From Ramazzottius varieornatus (Eukaryota > Animalia > Tardigrada): a stretch of 64,000 bases of DNA. Shown one piece after another: positions 48,548 to 64,000 of the stretch. The notes beneath the pieces were generated by a model. It made no database searches. It had not been told where the DNA came from and was given only the letters and a program-made list of their open reading frames with translations. The stretch lies in assembly GCA_001949185.1 (NCBI GenBank), contig BDGG01000008.1, forward strand, positions 1,054,001 through 1,118,000, given 5' to 3'. Within the stretch, counting starts at the first letter, position 1. Each line of letters opens with the position of its first letter. The position numbers and the translations under genes were made by a program.

Positions 48548-49025
48548 CTGAAGAGCTGCAGTACTCCGCCTTGCACAAACTCACTTTATTGTCGAACGAT
48601 CAATCCATCGTGATTGTCCAGCAGCATTCAAGCCAATCAATTTCGGTAGGCGAAGTACAGCAGCTCGTCAGTACCGGTGTACCGCATATTCGATGCGATT
48701 CTTCGAACTTTCTGACACTCTGGAGAACTGAAACAAGATATTCTGAAGTGTCGAGCGACCCATCATGCTTCGAAAGCGGGATAAAGTAATTAGTGAATGT
48801 CAAAGCTTTGTTCAACAATCGAGCTTCTGTTCCCTTATCTACACTCGGTGGTCGTTGTCTCCGCGACCCAGTTCAATAGACTTCCATATCTACAACGGAA
48901 CGAAGTCGTTACAAAGTCCGATAACGCCCATATTTAAACCGGTGTCCCTATGTCATGTTCATTGCTCCCTTGACCCTTGTCCACGGGCCGAAAAGTTTAA
49001 AAAGGATCAAAATTCGATAGCTTAT

Positions 49026-49144
49026 GCCTGCGACCATACCACGTAGAATGCTCCCGATCCCGTTCGATCTCGGAAGATAAGCTACGTCGGGCCCGGTTAG
49101 TACTTAGATGGGTGACCGCTTGGGAACACCGGGTGTTGCAGGCC
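49026..49144 (+). rRNA. 5S: 5S rRNA, solitary copy
   Basis: GCCTGCGACCATACC...CCGATCCCGTTCGATCTCGGAAG...TTAGTACTTAGATGGGTGACCGCTTGGGAA...GTTGCAGGC. The 5' and 3' ends pair, and a T5 Pol III terminator follows at 49147-49151. Confidence 0.95.
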
Positions 49145-49619
49145 TCTTTTTGCCGTCTTGTGCTAGTTCTGGGATCGTTTTACTAAATTTAAATTGGTTC
49201 GGTCTCCATCGTTCATTTCTTTTCTCCGGGCTCTCTGGATTAATAGTGACAACTCTTGCTGCATACAGTCTGAAAATTCTCCTGCCCTCGTATTTACAGA
49301 AAAGATGCGCTGTATACGGCAGAAACTGTGAAAATGATGACCTTGAAACTTCAAAAACACCGATCGACAGCAGCAGCTGTACTCTAGGCACAACGAAACA
49401 CGAAAAGCGTAAAATTCGATAAAAAAAGATCCTCATACGACCGAGATCAAGACACAAGACAAAATACCGAGAAGTTAAGATGTGCGAGAATAAAACGCAA
49501 AATTCAGTGTGTACAACCGGAAACAAGGCATTTCGTAACAATAATACAGAAGTCAAATGTGCAACAAGTTCTACGGTAGAAATGACTGTTCAACTTTCTC
49601 GTCGATTCTCCCATATTGG

Positions 49620-52153
<2,534 letters not shown>

Positions 52154-52536
52154 CTTCCGTCACGATCCCCACTCCACAACCCTCCAGTCAGCAACGACTG
52201 CTCTTCTGTCCCGCAACCATCCTTGAACTCATTCGCAAATCGCAAGTCGAAAGTCGAAACCACAAGAAAACTTGCATAAAATCTTGTGACGGCATTATAA
52301 CATGACAGGTTTGACATCCACTGTCTCTCTTGAGGTGACATGACATGTCGACACCAAGTGTCTAAGGAGGTGATTCTGCGTCTTGATTGGTTGGCGAAGG
52401 GTACATTGCGTAATCCATCCGCTTTAAATTATTTTGCACGGAGTCTTCGCAATACACTTCCGTTTAACTTGCCTTGCAGCTCGTCGTGTTCCTGGACAGC
52501 TGTTGGGACTGCAGAATACATAAGAGAATTCCAGCC
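52154..52536. promoter_or_regulatory. Probable bidirectional promoter CDK8/NLE1
   Basis: Head-to-head start codons 384 bp apart; ATTGG (inverted CCAAT) near 52386. Confidence 0.5.
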
Positions 52537-54812
52537 ATGGAAGTCGACAGCCCCTCTGTCCAGCGGAAGGCGCTGATCCAGCTCAAGAGCGACCAAGGAG
52601 ATGATCTCGGAGCGCCATTGGATGTTCCATTCGACATCTCCACTCGCGATCTGCAGGAGATATGTAACCTTCTTCTCGGCCAACAGGTACGGCTTCCCCA
52701 TCTCTAAATGAATTCGCCTTCGGTCCATAACAGTATACTGAATGTAGGAAGAACCTCTTCCATATTCCTTCTACGTCGACAACACCGAAGTCTTGAAGAA
52801 GCTCAGCGATGCCATCGATTTCGAGAAAGCAAACGCCGAAAAATGTCTGGAGATTGTGTACCAACCTCAAGCGGTGTTCCGTGTCCGAGCTGTCACAAGA
52901 TGTACCAGTACCATGGAGGGACATGGCGAAGCCGTCATATCCACCCAGTTCAGTCCTGATGGGGGGTAAAGGTCTCTTTCCGCCTTCGAAACGTCTCACT
53001 TCCGGTTGACTTTATATATGTTCCAACTAACGCTATAACTGAATGAATTCCTGATTGCAGATACCTTGCCAGTGGATCCGGCGACACTACTGTCAGACTC
53101 TGGGATGTAAACACCGAGACGCCGCAGTTCACTTGCAAAGGTGTGTGCGAGAATGTGAAAGTAACATCTTGTCAGTCGGCAGTCGGCTGAGTTAGCTGAT
53201 AAGTTGGTGCGTATTTGTTGTATAAACAATGGTCATTGTTTCAGGGCATAGGAACTGGATCCTCGCAATATCCTGGTCAGCTGATGGGAAGAAACTAGCA
53301 TCTGGATGCAAAGATGGGAAGGTAGGCAGTGAACACATTTCGAATCTTTTGATGGAATTTATGCTAACAGATATGATGCGCGTGCTTCAGATTTGCCTAT
53401 GGGATCCTTCGACCGGGAAGCAGATAGGCAAGACACTGACAGGCCACCTGCAGTGGATAACCTGGTTGTGTTGGGAGCCTCTCCATATGAATGGACACTG
53501 CCGGCTTCTGGCTAGCTCCTCCAAGGACACGACCATCAGAATATGGGACACGGTCTTGCAACAGTCACTGCGAAGCCTCTCTGGCCACACGCAAAGCGTC
53601 ACATGCTTGAGGTGGGGTGGTGTCGGCCTGATCTATTCGTGCTCGCAAGACCGAACACTCAAAGTTTGGAGGGCTTCAGACGTAAGCCGCGGTGTATTTA
53701 TTCACTACCTTCCGCAGGTCGCGTAACTGCAAATTTGTCTGCAGGGAGTTCTCTGCCGAACTCTGACTGGCCATGGACACTGGATAAACTCGCTGGCCTT
53801 GAACACGGACTATGTCATGCGAACAGGTCCCTTTGACCCGAAGGACGCCGATACTGCCGGCATTTCTCAGACCGGCACTTGTAAGTTATTTACGGTAGAG
53901 TCGGATCCTTCTGAAGACAGTACAACTTTATTGAGCGGGTGTTTGTTTTCTGTAGCTGAGGAACTTCAAAAGAGCGCACTTGTACGATACGAAAGCTTCC
54001 GGGTACGAACTTTCCTTTTCCTGCGGTATTTGGAGCAAGCATAAGTATAGTTTTGTTTTCTCACAGAAATCTGCCGGTGCCGAGCGTCTTGTTTCCGGTT
54101 CGGATGACTTCACAATGTTCTTGTGGAACATTGAAACCGACAAAAAGCCGATCGAACGTATGACGGGACATCAAGCTACCGTCAGCCAAGTCTGCTTCTC
54201 TCCCAACGGCTTGGTGATTGCTAGTGGCTCCTTTGACCATAGTGTCAAGCTGTGGAATGGTATCACCGGGAAGTGAGTAACGCTTTGTTTACTGGGTTCT
54301 GTTGCAATATCGAGCTACGGGAAACTTAGCGTCATGGCGGCGAACTTGAAATGCCGACCTTTCATACACCTACATACATAAGCTTTACTGAATATGGGCA
54401 AGAGAGTGTATGTAGCATGGTGAAAGTGGGCCAGTTTTCTTGGCTGACTTCTCTACTTTCAAGTTAGTTCTGTGTTTTTGTGTTTCAGGTTCATAGCGTC
54501 GTTGCGCGGCCATGTTCAGCGAGTATACCAGATTGCCTGGTCCGCTGACAGTCGCCTTCTGGTGAGCGGAAGTCAAGACTCGACGCTGAAGTTGTGGGAA
54601 GTAAAGACCAGAAGATTGACGGTAGACCTTCCTGGACACGCTGACGATGTCTACGCCGTGGACTGGAGTCCTGATGGACAACGAGTGGTCAGCGGTGGAA
54701 AGGATAAAGTCTTGAAAATGTAAGTGCGGCAAAACCACTCGATCTCTTCGTCCGTTTCTAGTACGCAATTTCCACCGACAAATGATTTTTGTCTTGCAGA
54801 TGGAAGAAATAG
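52537..54812 (+). CDS. NLE1: Notchless homolog 1 (Rsa4), WD40 ribosome assembly factor
   Basis: EIVYQPQAVFRVRAVTRC, LASGSGDTTVRLWD, WITWLCWEPLH, ERLVSGSDDFTMFLW, DLPGHADDVYAVDWSPDG. Confidence 0.96.
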
Positions 54813-54976
54813 AGTGACAGTAAAATCAGACCGAGCAAAATCACCGAGTGGTTAGTTGAGCAAAAATCAAGAAGGCAAGGCAAACATTAACACAGTTAAA
54901 ACTCTAAAAATAATGAAACTTGTACTGTAAAAGAATTCGAACTTGAACCGTTCATTGTAACAGAAACAGAGAGAAC

Positions 54977-57900
54977 TCATTCGAAGGTCTGTTTGATTGT
55001 GTCCTGGATTTGCTGCTGGTGAACGTGACCAATTGCAACTGCCGGTGCAGGAAGCTCTTGAGGTCCTGCGTACTTCAGCTACAATAAAGAAGAGAATTAC
55101 CGTCCACTTTCGGACGTTTTTTCCTACTTTGACGGTAGTATGATTTGCGAGCAGGTACTGACCTCGACTCCAACGAGGTTGCGGAAGCGAGGATTTACGA
55201 ATGTCCAAGCGCCCATATTTCGTGGTTCTTCTTGGCTCCATACGAAAGTTTTGGCTTTAGCGTACTTCCTCGTCTCTTTCAGTATAGCTTCCGTTGGGAA
55301 CGGGCAAAGCTCCTGCGACAACGAATGTCACATTAGATGCGAGTAGCAAGGTTCTTCGTTTGCTGTCAGGCTAGTAAGTAATGTACCTCGATTCGGACAA
55401 GAGCGACGTTCCGTTTCTTCTCTTCTTGACGGATCTTGTCCAGCGTGTAGTAGTGCTTGCCAGACACGAAGATGACCTTCTCCACTGTATCCGTGTTGGC
55501 AGAAGGGTCGGGAAGGAGTGGTTGGAAGGAGGTGCCGGGCGCCATCTCCAGCAGTTCGGATGTAGCTGCCGGTAGACGGAGAACCGTCTTGGGCGTGGCC
55601 ATTATCAGAGGCTTCCGGAAGTTGCGGACCATCTGACGTCGCAGTACGTGAAAATACTGAGCCTAAGACAGCAGATACGCTAACATTATGGCGGAAAACA
55701 CTGCGGCGTTGTAAGCAGGGCTGAAGTGTAAGCGAGAAAGGACCCACTGGCGTAGTCGCGTTCACGAAACTAAAGTTAACATCGTCACCGTCCACAGTCG
55801 TTTCGGAACTGTCGGTCTGCTGTAGGAAGCGTTCAATGCGGCAGGACGAGTGTTCCGGTCCAGCGCCATCGTAACCTACAGGAGAACATCGATAGGTACT
55901 GTATCGTACTCGTACAGTGCTGTTCTTGAGCACATCTCCGTACGCAAGGATCAGGCGAGGTAAGTGTAACGTACCGTGCGGGAGTAACATGACTAGTCCA
56001 CTCTGCAGGAGCCATTTAGCTGAAAAGTGCAGACTGACCATCAGAGCATTACAGATGAATGCATGAAGTTAGAGTGTAACTTACTCTCGCCGGAAGTGAC
56101 GTACGTATCGATGATGATTTGAGCACCGTTGAAAAAATCACCGAACTGGGCTTCCCATATCACAAGTCGCTTGGGACTTTCGATGCTCATGCCTGTAAAA
56201 TGAAGCTGGAGCTCGTTAAACTGGAATAACGGTAACTTCGGTAATTATATGGTGCACCACAGCAGCAAACCGCCCCGAACGAATATCATACCATATTCGA
56301 ATCCCAGAACAGCCTCCTCGGACAACGTACTGTTGCACATCTCAAGATGCGTTTCCTGGTTGTCCACCATGAAATTCAGAGGAACATAGAGCTCGTTGCT
56401 GTGGTTGTCTGTGAGAGCGGCATGTCGGTGGCTGAAGGTGCCACGACCGACGTCCTGTCCACTTACACGCACAGTGAAGCCTGAAAAGAAAATGTTCTGT
56501 TCTGTGGAAGGGCTGCTAATACTGTAGGTAGAAGACGGATACCTTGCATCAGTAGGGTACCCATGGCTAGAGCTTCCGCGGTGGCCCAGTCCAGCTTTGT
56601 ACCTTCCTGCATTGCTCGCAAGCGGTTCTTGACGTGTGTCTTGAGAAGCTGAGGATGGATGTTGAAGCTGTCCGGTATCTGCACAGACTTGGCGCCTATG
56701 AACTTCAACGCGTCGATAGGAAAGCCAGTGTCCCAACTGGAGACAGTCTTTCCGGCTTGCACGAGCCCACTCCATTGGCGCTCTAAATGATGAGCCTACG
56801 CAAATAAAGATGTGTTCATAAGGGCAACTTGAAAGGACACATCCTTACTTTGGGTTTGAACTGGTCAAGCTGACTCAATGCTTGTCGCAAAGACCCGTCG
56901 TACTCTTCGGACACTTTGCGGCTCTCTTCTTCCGTCAACTGTCCTTCTTGCTGAAAACACACGAAGCACGTCATTCCTTGTCTAAGTAACGAGCATAAAG
57001 TGCAAGGAGACAGCGTACCCTCAAAGCCTCGCTGTACAATACTGGTACGCTTTTCCTGGCCTTGATGGCATTATACATGACAGGCTGCGTCATGGTTGGG
57101 TCGTCTACTTCATTGTGGCCTGTACGGGAGAAAAAGATCCTGAACTACAGAGGATAGTATCGCCTCGTGGGCTAGAGTATTAAGATACTGTAAACACGGT
57201 GGGAAGATCTTACCGTGAAGGCGGTAGCAAAGCAGGTCGATAACAACGTCTTTGCCAAACCGTTCTCGATATTCGAACCCCAATTTCGTTGCACGAATTA
57301 TGTCCTAATATATATTCATGATTTAAACAAAGGATTTCTAGACGACTTGCAAGATAAGCTCACTTCTGGGCTTTCCCCGTTGACATGTATCACAGGACAA
57401 GAGTTGATTTTGGCGGCGTCGCTGGCGTATATCGAAGAGCGCCCAGTGGTCGTCGTGAACCCGACTTGGTTATTAGTAATGAGATGCATACTTCCGCCTA
57501 CTGAGTAGTGAGGTAAATCAGCAAAGCCAAACGTTTCCGCTATAATACCCTACGAAAAAAGTCCCGTATGACTTAGAACCGATGCACATTGCTATAGATG
57601 ATAACGAGGATGACTCTTGCATCACCTGTCCGGTAAACGAGGCATCACCGTGAATCTGTACGCAAAGGACCTTCTTGTCATTCTCCTGGTCTCTTCGATA
57701 GTACCCTGCTTGGAGACTTTGTTGTCGACCTCGGGCTTTTCCCACGGCCACAGGGTTATTCGCTTCCAGATGCGAAGGGTTCGGTATGAGGGAGAAGTGC
57801 AGCTTCTTGCCGTCTTCCGCCGTCAGATCCGTCGAGGTGACTACAAACAGCCCATGCTCAAATCTGACCATACTACGCAACGTAATGAGCGTCAACCTAC

Positions 57901-58966
57901 ATAAATGGGATAAAACATCGCCGGTCGCCTTTACATCATCCGGGAACTCTGACTTCCCGCTGATCTTTCTGAACATGTAGGAGGGATCATAGCCAAGGTT
58001 GACAGTCAGCACATTCAGTCGACCTCTGTGAGGCATACAAGCGATCACATCGTGGTAATCTCCTGCAAAGAGATACCTTGATGAATATCTACTCTATTGT
58101 GAGAGGAATACTTCGAGAGCACCTGCGAAAGCAAGACGAATGATTTCGTCCACAAAGACGAGGTTGCCTTCCGCGCCTTCTCCACCGTATCGCTTGAGTG
58201 TGGGGAACTTGTTAGCCAAGAACGAGTCGAACACTGCGGTCTTTAACAGGATCTTGCCCACTTGCTTCTTCACTTCCGCTGGAATGGGTTCTCCCATCAG
58301 CTGTTCGAAACGCTGAGCAAACCACTGCCGTTCTTCCTGGTGTATCATATGTTCAAACTCCACAGAGATCTTTGAGCTGTATGTATGGAGAAGTGCCTGC
58401 GTGAGGTTCTGCAAGGTTGTTCGCTGGCCCAGGCTAAGGTATCCGTTAACTTCCACGTCTTTGGTCAAACCATACGCCAGAGGATCCAGTTCGGGAACAT
58501 CCCTGCCATGATAAGGGAGAGAATCACTATGTTAACACCCAGCTGGACAGAAGGATAAACTCAAGCTGAACAAGTACCTCATCGGTATCCAAAGCCCCAG
58601 TGGGTCAATCGCCGCAGTTTTATGGCCATGCGTTCGATAGGCATCGACGAAACGTCTGACTGCAGCTGGAAGATTTTCTGCCGTCGCTGGTCCTTGTTCG
58701 CGATGGTTTCCTGCAAGAAGCCATAAGTTGATGGGAAGAAGCATTGCCCTTCGAACATATTCGTCATAGATACGTATCCGTTGTGAACAATTACGCTTTC
58801 CGTGAATGCGCATTCACCACACACCTGTCTGGGAAGAGTTCTCGACGATGTTGTCCGGAGCAGATGAACGGACGTTCACTTGAGCGTGTGCCGTCCAGGA
58901 TGAATACAGATATCGTCCATTATGAACGCAAGCAGGGGACCGCGCCGCTAGTACAGCTCTGAGCAT
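54977..58966 (-). CDS. DHTKD1: 2-oxoadipate dehydrogenase E1 (DHTKD1), mitochondrial
   Basis: [97 protein letters not shown]. Confidence 0.95.
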
Positions 58967-59366
58967 GGTTAGCTGGTCCGCAGATAATGTCTCATGCAAA
59001 CGATGCTTCCAGCCAGGACCACCGAGAAGCTTTTCAACGTCCAAAGCTATTCTGCTCCCAACTTAATGAGCCTTCAGCAAAATGAGAACGGATCATCCTT
59101 CAGTGCATCGATACGGATGACGTATTTGCTGCTTATAGTCCAACTTCATATACCGTGCCGACAAGTAATCTTGACGTCACTGCGGGATCGCATTATCGCA
59201 AACATCGCATTGACGTATTTAGTGTTTGTTTACATAACAGAAACTTTAGTTCAGTTAGTTGTACCGAATATTCCCAAGGACATCGCACAGGACCTAGACG
59301 GAACATCGCATAATCCATCCTTCATCGGACCTACAGCCACTGGAGTCTGGTGACAATCATATAACG

Positions 59367-61099
59367 ATGCAGCCCACGATGAAATACGGCACTCCCAGCA
59401 GCTACCGTGGTTTACCGCCAATACTGCAGACTGACGCTGAATCAACAGGTAGAAATCCTCATAAGCGCTATCACGTGCATCAGTACCTGCTGCTCCGAGA
59501 ACACGCTGCCATATCGGTATAGATAGTCAAGCGGAAGTCTTTTGCTTCCAGCATCATGGAGACCCGCAGCGGCGACTGCAGGAAAAGCTGCCTCCATCCT
59601 GCAGACTGTCATTTCACCGACGTCAGGTATTTCTCCGATGGAACTACCATGGGATGTAATCCGACCTGTCCTCCGGAACGCCCAGCTAGACTTCTGGGAC
59701 TGCTGTAGCTTCATGGAGGTCCGTTTCGGGGAGGGCAGAAGCTGCGAAGAGCTGGAAAAGACCTTTTTCCGCAGGGGCACAGTGCAGGCCTTCTGGATGG
59801 AAAAGCTGTCCCTCGTGCATCCTCGCTTATACAAGCTGTACTTGAAAGAGAAAACCGACCTCACGTCTCACTGCGGTATTGACTCGCCATACGACATGCT
59901 GAAATACCGTGCTGTCCTGAAGGATAACTTTATTAGAATTTTCGAAAATGTAGTACAGCCGACTTTGGTCCATGAGTTCCTCGAGAATGGCAAAGACTCC
60001 CATCGGACGTTTCTCTCTCGCTTTCTGGACTCTTCGCCGCACGACATAAGGTTTCCCCGCGCTTCAGAATCTCGAGAACCTCGACCCGAATTTCCGCCGG
60101 TAGAAGTACGCATCCCAGGCGTTCAGCACGTGGGAAATTCTACCATCTTGCAGCTACTTCCGCCGCGAAACAGCGTTTATACTTATCACGGTTTTTCCGT
60201 GTCTCAGTATTCCGACTCCTTGGCTCGAAGATTCATCTTGACAGAGCTGCAGCTACGTAATATTTCACCCGTCGGCGATTGTAACGTGTTCTTCATGTAC
60301 CGCAAAATACAGTTGCATCTCATGATGATTCTGGAACTGTGGGAAAATTTGGCGGCAGAAATAGTGACGGACTCAGAAGCAAAAGGTAATGAACTATCTA
60401 AAACTTTAGGACGGATGTTTGCTGCTTGAATGCCATGAAATTATATTTCTAAAGTTTTTCATTTTTAATCTTCTTCGCACAGGGAACAAGAAAGGACCAT
60501 CCAGAACGCTGTTGTGGGTTCTTCGTCACCTGAAAGATATCATTCCAAAACTTCGTGGAGACGAAAAAGAAATCCTGGAAGAAGACTGGATCGAAGACCT
60601 GGTCAACGATGAATTCTACTGTGATGAGTTTCCGTCCGGACTGCATTATCCTCACGCATCGCTAACCAACATTCCCAAGCTCGGTTGGATCCTCCCCATC
60701 GGTAGCATCATTACGTTCCACAAGGAGCGTCTCATGCCCGGAGACGAACCCGATCTCGCTTCTACATTCTACGGCGTCATCATTAGCCAGGACCCACGAG
60801 AAGAAAAAGACAACGCTGTTCGTATGGACTACATCGTTATCGCTCTGACCAACACTAACTTTTCGGAACCGTCTGGTGTCGAAGTGCAGACGTTTCAGGG
60901 CTTCGGTGTGGTCAAAGACGCAGCCTCATGGAAACCAACATCGAAGGACAAAGCTCGAATAGAGAAGTGGTTAACGGAGAACCCGCAGCTGGATGTTTGG
61001 ATTCTGTTTGATATGTTCGACGGTCGCTCGTTCGTTCCCAATGCTGCCTTTGCTAAACGGTCTTTCAACGATATGCAAATCCGCGAAGCTGCCGCCTGA
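59367..61099 (+). CDS. Divergent FBXO21-like protein (F-box + YccV/HspQ-like domain)
   Basis: Exons 59367-59448, 59552-60385, 60483-61099. F-box-like ELPWDVIRPVL..LDFWD; the C-terminal IGSII..YGVIISQDP..FDMFDGRSFVPNA resembles the FBXO21 YccV domain. Start codon uncertain. Confidence 0.6.
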
Positions 61100-61553
61100 T
61101 AACTCAAAACTGTTTTGTCATTCAATCCGCTAATTTTAAGTCGTCAGATGATTTTGTCCGGCAGGATGAAGACATACAGTACTTCGGATGAGATTTTCTT
61201 TATAGCTTAAGGTCTTTTATTCGCACGGCTAACTGAATTAAAAAATGAATTCTTTAATCGCTCTCGATTCCAGGAACTTCAACATCGTTCTCTTCTCATG
61301 CTGGTGCAGCTGATCGGTGTTCGAATTTTGTAACCCAGGTTTTCTGATCGTTGTGTTTCGAAGATTTTTTCCGGCATCAGCATAGCCCACTCAAATACTC
61401 AGAGCATATCTATCTTCGTTCTGTCGTGGAGAAGCTCGGCTCACGAAAAGAACAGCACGAGTAAAAGATATAAGTTATAATCACAGGAACCAACGCGATG
61501 ATCTTTGCTCACACAGCGAGCTCCCACCTGACTGAGTGGCCTTGGATCCTTGC

Positions 61554-62717
61554 TCAGCGTGGTGGCTCTTTTCTGTAACTTTGTAGATACGTCTGGATCT
61601 TCTCGTATATCTGTGTTGGGCTATCAATCCTTGGAATCTACAAAAGCAGAATGAGATGATTCGACGGTTGCACCGAACAAAGTATTCACAGACCCAAAGT
61701 TGGGATCGACTTCTAAACAAAACACGGAAAACGATGCTCAAAAACGGACACGTGACCTGCGTACCTCATAGTTTTGCGCAAGATATGCTCCCGCGTACAG
61801 TCCGATGAGCAGAGAAAACTGTAAGTACATAGGGGGTTCAATAAGTTTTGAAGCTGCGTTCAGCAGAGATTCTGTGGTCGTTCGATCTCGGGAAATTTTT
61901 GTAATAAAGCAAAAGCAACTTATGGGCAATACTGCAAAATTAGAGGCTAGGCTGGGAAGTCATTCGTTGAGAAAATTTGTAAAGTATATGAAGGGAAGTT
62001 TTTTGGGGCTTCGCGTTCTACAAGAAATTTTGTAGTTTCTTTTCCATTGCACGTTTGAGTTTGACTATAGCTCTGGAAGAAAGAGGGGATGTCTAGTGAC
62101 TAGTTTGAGCAAAAGGAAGTCAAGCCGGACCGCTGTTAAGGCTCGTTAAAAAATTTCATCTTTGCACCAAGTGAAAATGCGCAAGTGAAACGGGAAAAAA
62201 ACCAGCTGGTGCATCACCTGACCACCAGGCGGATTTTGCAAACTTTTCTGTTTCCTCCGCCAGGTTTCCATCCCTGATCAAAGCAAGTTTTCACTCTGTA
62301 TTCCCTGGACACTCTAGTTGCTTTTTGTCGAAGCGCTAGAAAATCATCCATCTTAGATATTCGAGAAACAACATTTCCACCATCGGCGCGAATAACGTAA
62401 GGATAACATTACAAAATGCGCGAGTTTACGAAGAAAATCGAAAAACAGTTTTTCGCATTTTTTCAAAAAATTATTTCTCCTTCTGTGCGAGTGCCAGGTA
62501 CCTTATCTTTTGAGGATAGTGATTAGAAGAGATGGTTCATCTTTCGAACGCATGCTCTGGAAAATAGCACTTTCAGGTGGACTGTGCCTCAAAACTTATT
62601 GAACCCCCTATGTATAAAGCCATTTTAAATAGTTTCTCGAAGATCGAACGGACTAATTTCGGTAGGTGTGTGCGTAATCAGTCCCACTCTGAAGGCCCTA
62701 CTTACCAATCCTCTCAT
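61554..62717 (-). CDS. STMP1: Short transmembrane mitochondrial protein 1-like micropeptide (49 aa)
   Basis: Exons 62717-62706, 61818-61765 and 61637-61554 give MRGLFSLLIGLYAGAYLAQNYEIPRIDSPTQIYEKIQTYLQSYRKEPPR, with the G.YLAQNY.IP signature. Confidence 0.85.
61828..62612. mobile_element. Tc1/mariner-type MITE, copy 2 (uninterrupted, 785 bp), in STMP1 intron 1
   Basis: TA|CATAGGGGGTTCAATAAGTTTTGA ... TCAAAACTTATTGAACCCCCTATG|TA. Inverted homolog of 438-2080. Confidence 0.92.
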
Positions 62718-63159
62718 TCTGCACTAAACTCTCCGCAGCTCCCGCTCCCTCTCCCTTTGACCTAGAAGAGAAGCGAAACAGTTGAACAGTACATATACTG
62801 CCGCCGTCAGGCAACGACGAAGCTCACGATGCAGTCCATCAGACGACAGCCTCCGAGATATAGCCGTGCTGCCGTTAGGCCCTTCATAGCCTTTAGGCCT
62901 TTTACCTGGCTTCCGGTGTATATATATGCTCTGTTCCTTCCAGCACGCTCAACATATAGATAAAAAACAGTCCAGTCAAAACTGCACAACCATCCTAGGA
63001 GGACGAAACAGGAACTGCCGCACAGCAAGGAATACGACGAGGTTAAAGATGTCTCCAGAATCCAGGGCGTCCAGACTCCCAAGAACTGGAGTGGAGAAAC
63101 GCTGCTGATGTCGTTTGACGTTTCGTCAGCTCTGATGTGCTGCTGAAGCGCGCTTTGCT

Positions 63160-63186
63160 GGAAGGAAGGAAGGAAGGAAGGAAGGA
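63160..63186. repeat. (GGAA)n microsatellite
   Basis: About 6.75 GGAA units. Confidence 0.9.
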
Positions 63187-64000
63187 CGCCGTGAAGTATC
63201 CTTGACGTCATGCGTCGAAGCATAATGCAGGGCAGATTTTAGTCATGATGTAATCATTCTGTGACGTATAAGATTGTTAATCTGACTGAAAAGTAAGATC
63301 ATTCAATCAACCTCCACCGCAGCTTGGGTATGAAAAAGAAACAGAACTACACTTCGATTGATTGACTGCACCTGTTAGCTCAATATTTGAGAAAGCACTT
63401 CTACCCCGGATTCGATGCCAGGGTTTCCTAAATACGAGACCTGGCTCCGGTAAATTTATGGCCTACCATTTTAATTTTGCGCGTTTTGGCTTGCCATGCT
63501 CCGACAGACGCGCACTTCAGCAGCACATCAATGTTCGTCAGAAACATGGACCATGAGCATAATTGCGAAAGGAAGTTGAAAGGTGCTTCCAGCTGATTGA
63601 TTCTCGACGGTTTGAATGACTTGATTGAACTGATTGATAAGAACTTTTATCTTTGTTGTGGTTTTCACCATAGATGTGCAGAGCATCTATGGTTTGCACC
63701 TTCACGTTTTGCGGTTTTTTTTAAATCAAAACCGAACTTCGACATCTTTCCCGTCATTCGTTGACGATCGAGGAACTGAAGCACTGCATTTGTTTTTGTG
63801 GTGTCTTAGGGTTGTGTATTGAAGGCTTAACCGTAGTTTGGAGGTTTGGTGGCTCCTGGATGGAAGGTGCGGAACTGACAACCAACGCCGATACAAACGT
63901 TGCTTCGGATTTCGTGCAAGTGAAGAAGAAGCGTGGTGGAAGGCCTTCGGTTTACGACAGGAAGCTTCAGCAGCTGGCATCAGAAAGTGCACTCGTGCCG

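Overview
Gene-dense, short-intron animal genomic DNA, very probably from the tardigrade Ramazzottius varieornatus. That identification is an inference: the secreted Cu/Zn-SOD carries the His->Val87 copper-ligand change I recall for RvSOD15, and the window holds a spliced bacterial-type TPS-TPP gene. I assembled about 17 protein genes by hand from splice sites: GH37 trehalase, bifunctional trehalose-6-P synthase/phosphatase, an Ig-like orphan, VRK kinase, a secreted Cys/Thr-rich orphan, an evectin-like PH protein, AP-1 sigma, alpha-L-fucosidase, VPS36 with NAT10 nested in its first intron, Cu/Zn-SOD, PSMB3, MFSD1, CDK8, NLE1, DHTKD1, FBXO21-like and STMP1. There is also a likely pseudogene, one solitary 5S rRNA gene and several non-autonomous DNA transposons with visible TIRs/TSDs. 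The most interesting candidate system is a trehalose synthesis/degradation gene pair. Its bacterial-type TPS-TPP has gained 12 introns and a ~405-aa N-terminal extension containing an unrecognised domain and two PKA/14-3-3-type RxxSxP motifs. Other notable structures: NAT10 wholly nested antisense inside VPS36; two equal-length alternative last exons of AP-1 sigma; a Mutator-like element nested inside a mariner-type MITE, with the empty site present elsewhere in the window; and inverted repeats flanking a frame-preserving TPS exon. No CRISPR array or tRNA was seen. All gene models are manual, and no database searches were run.
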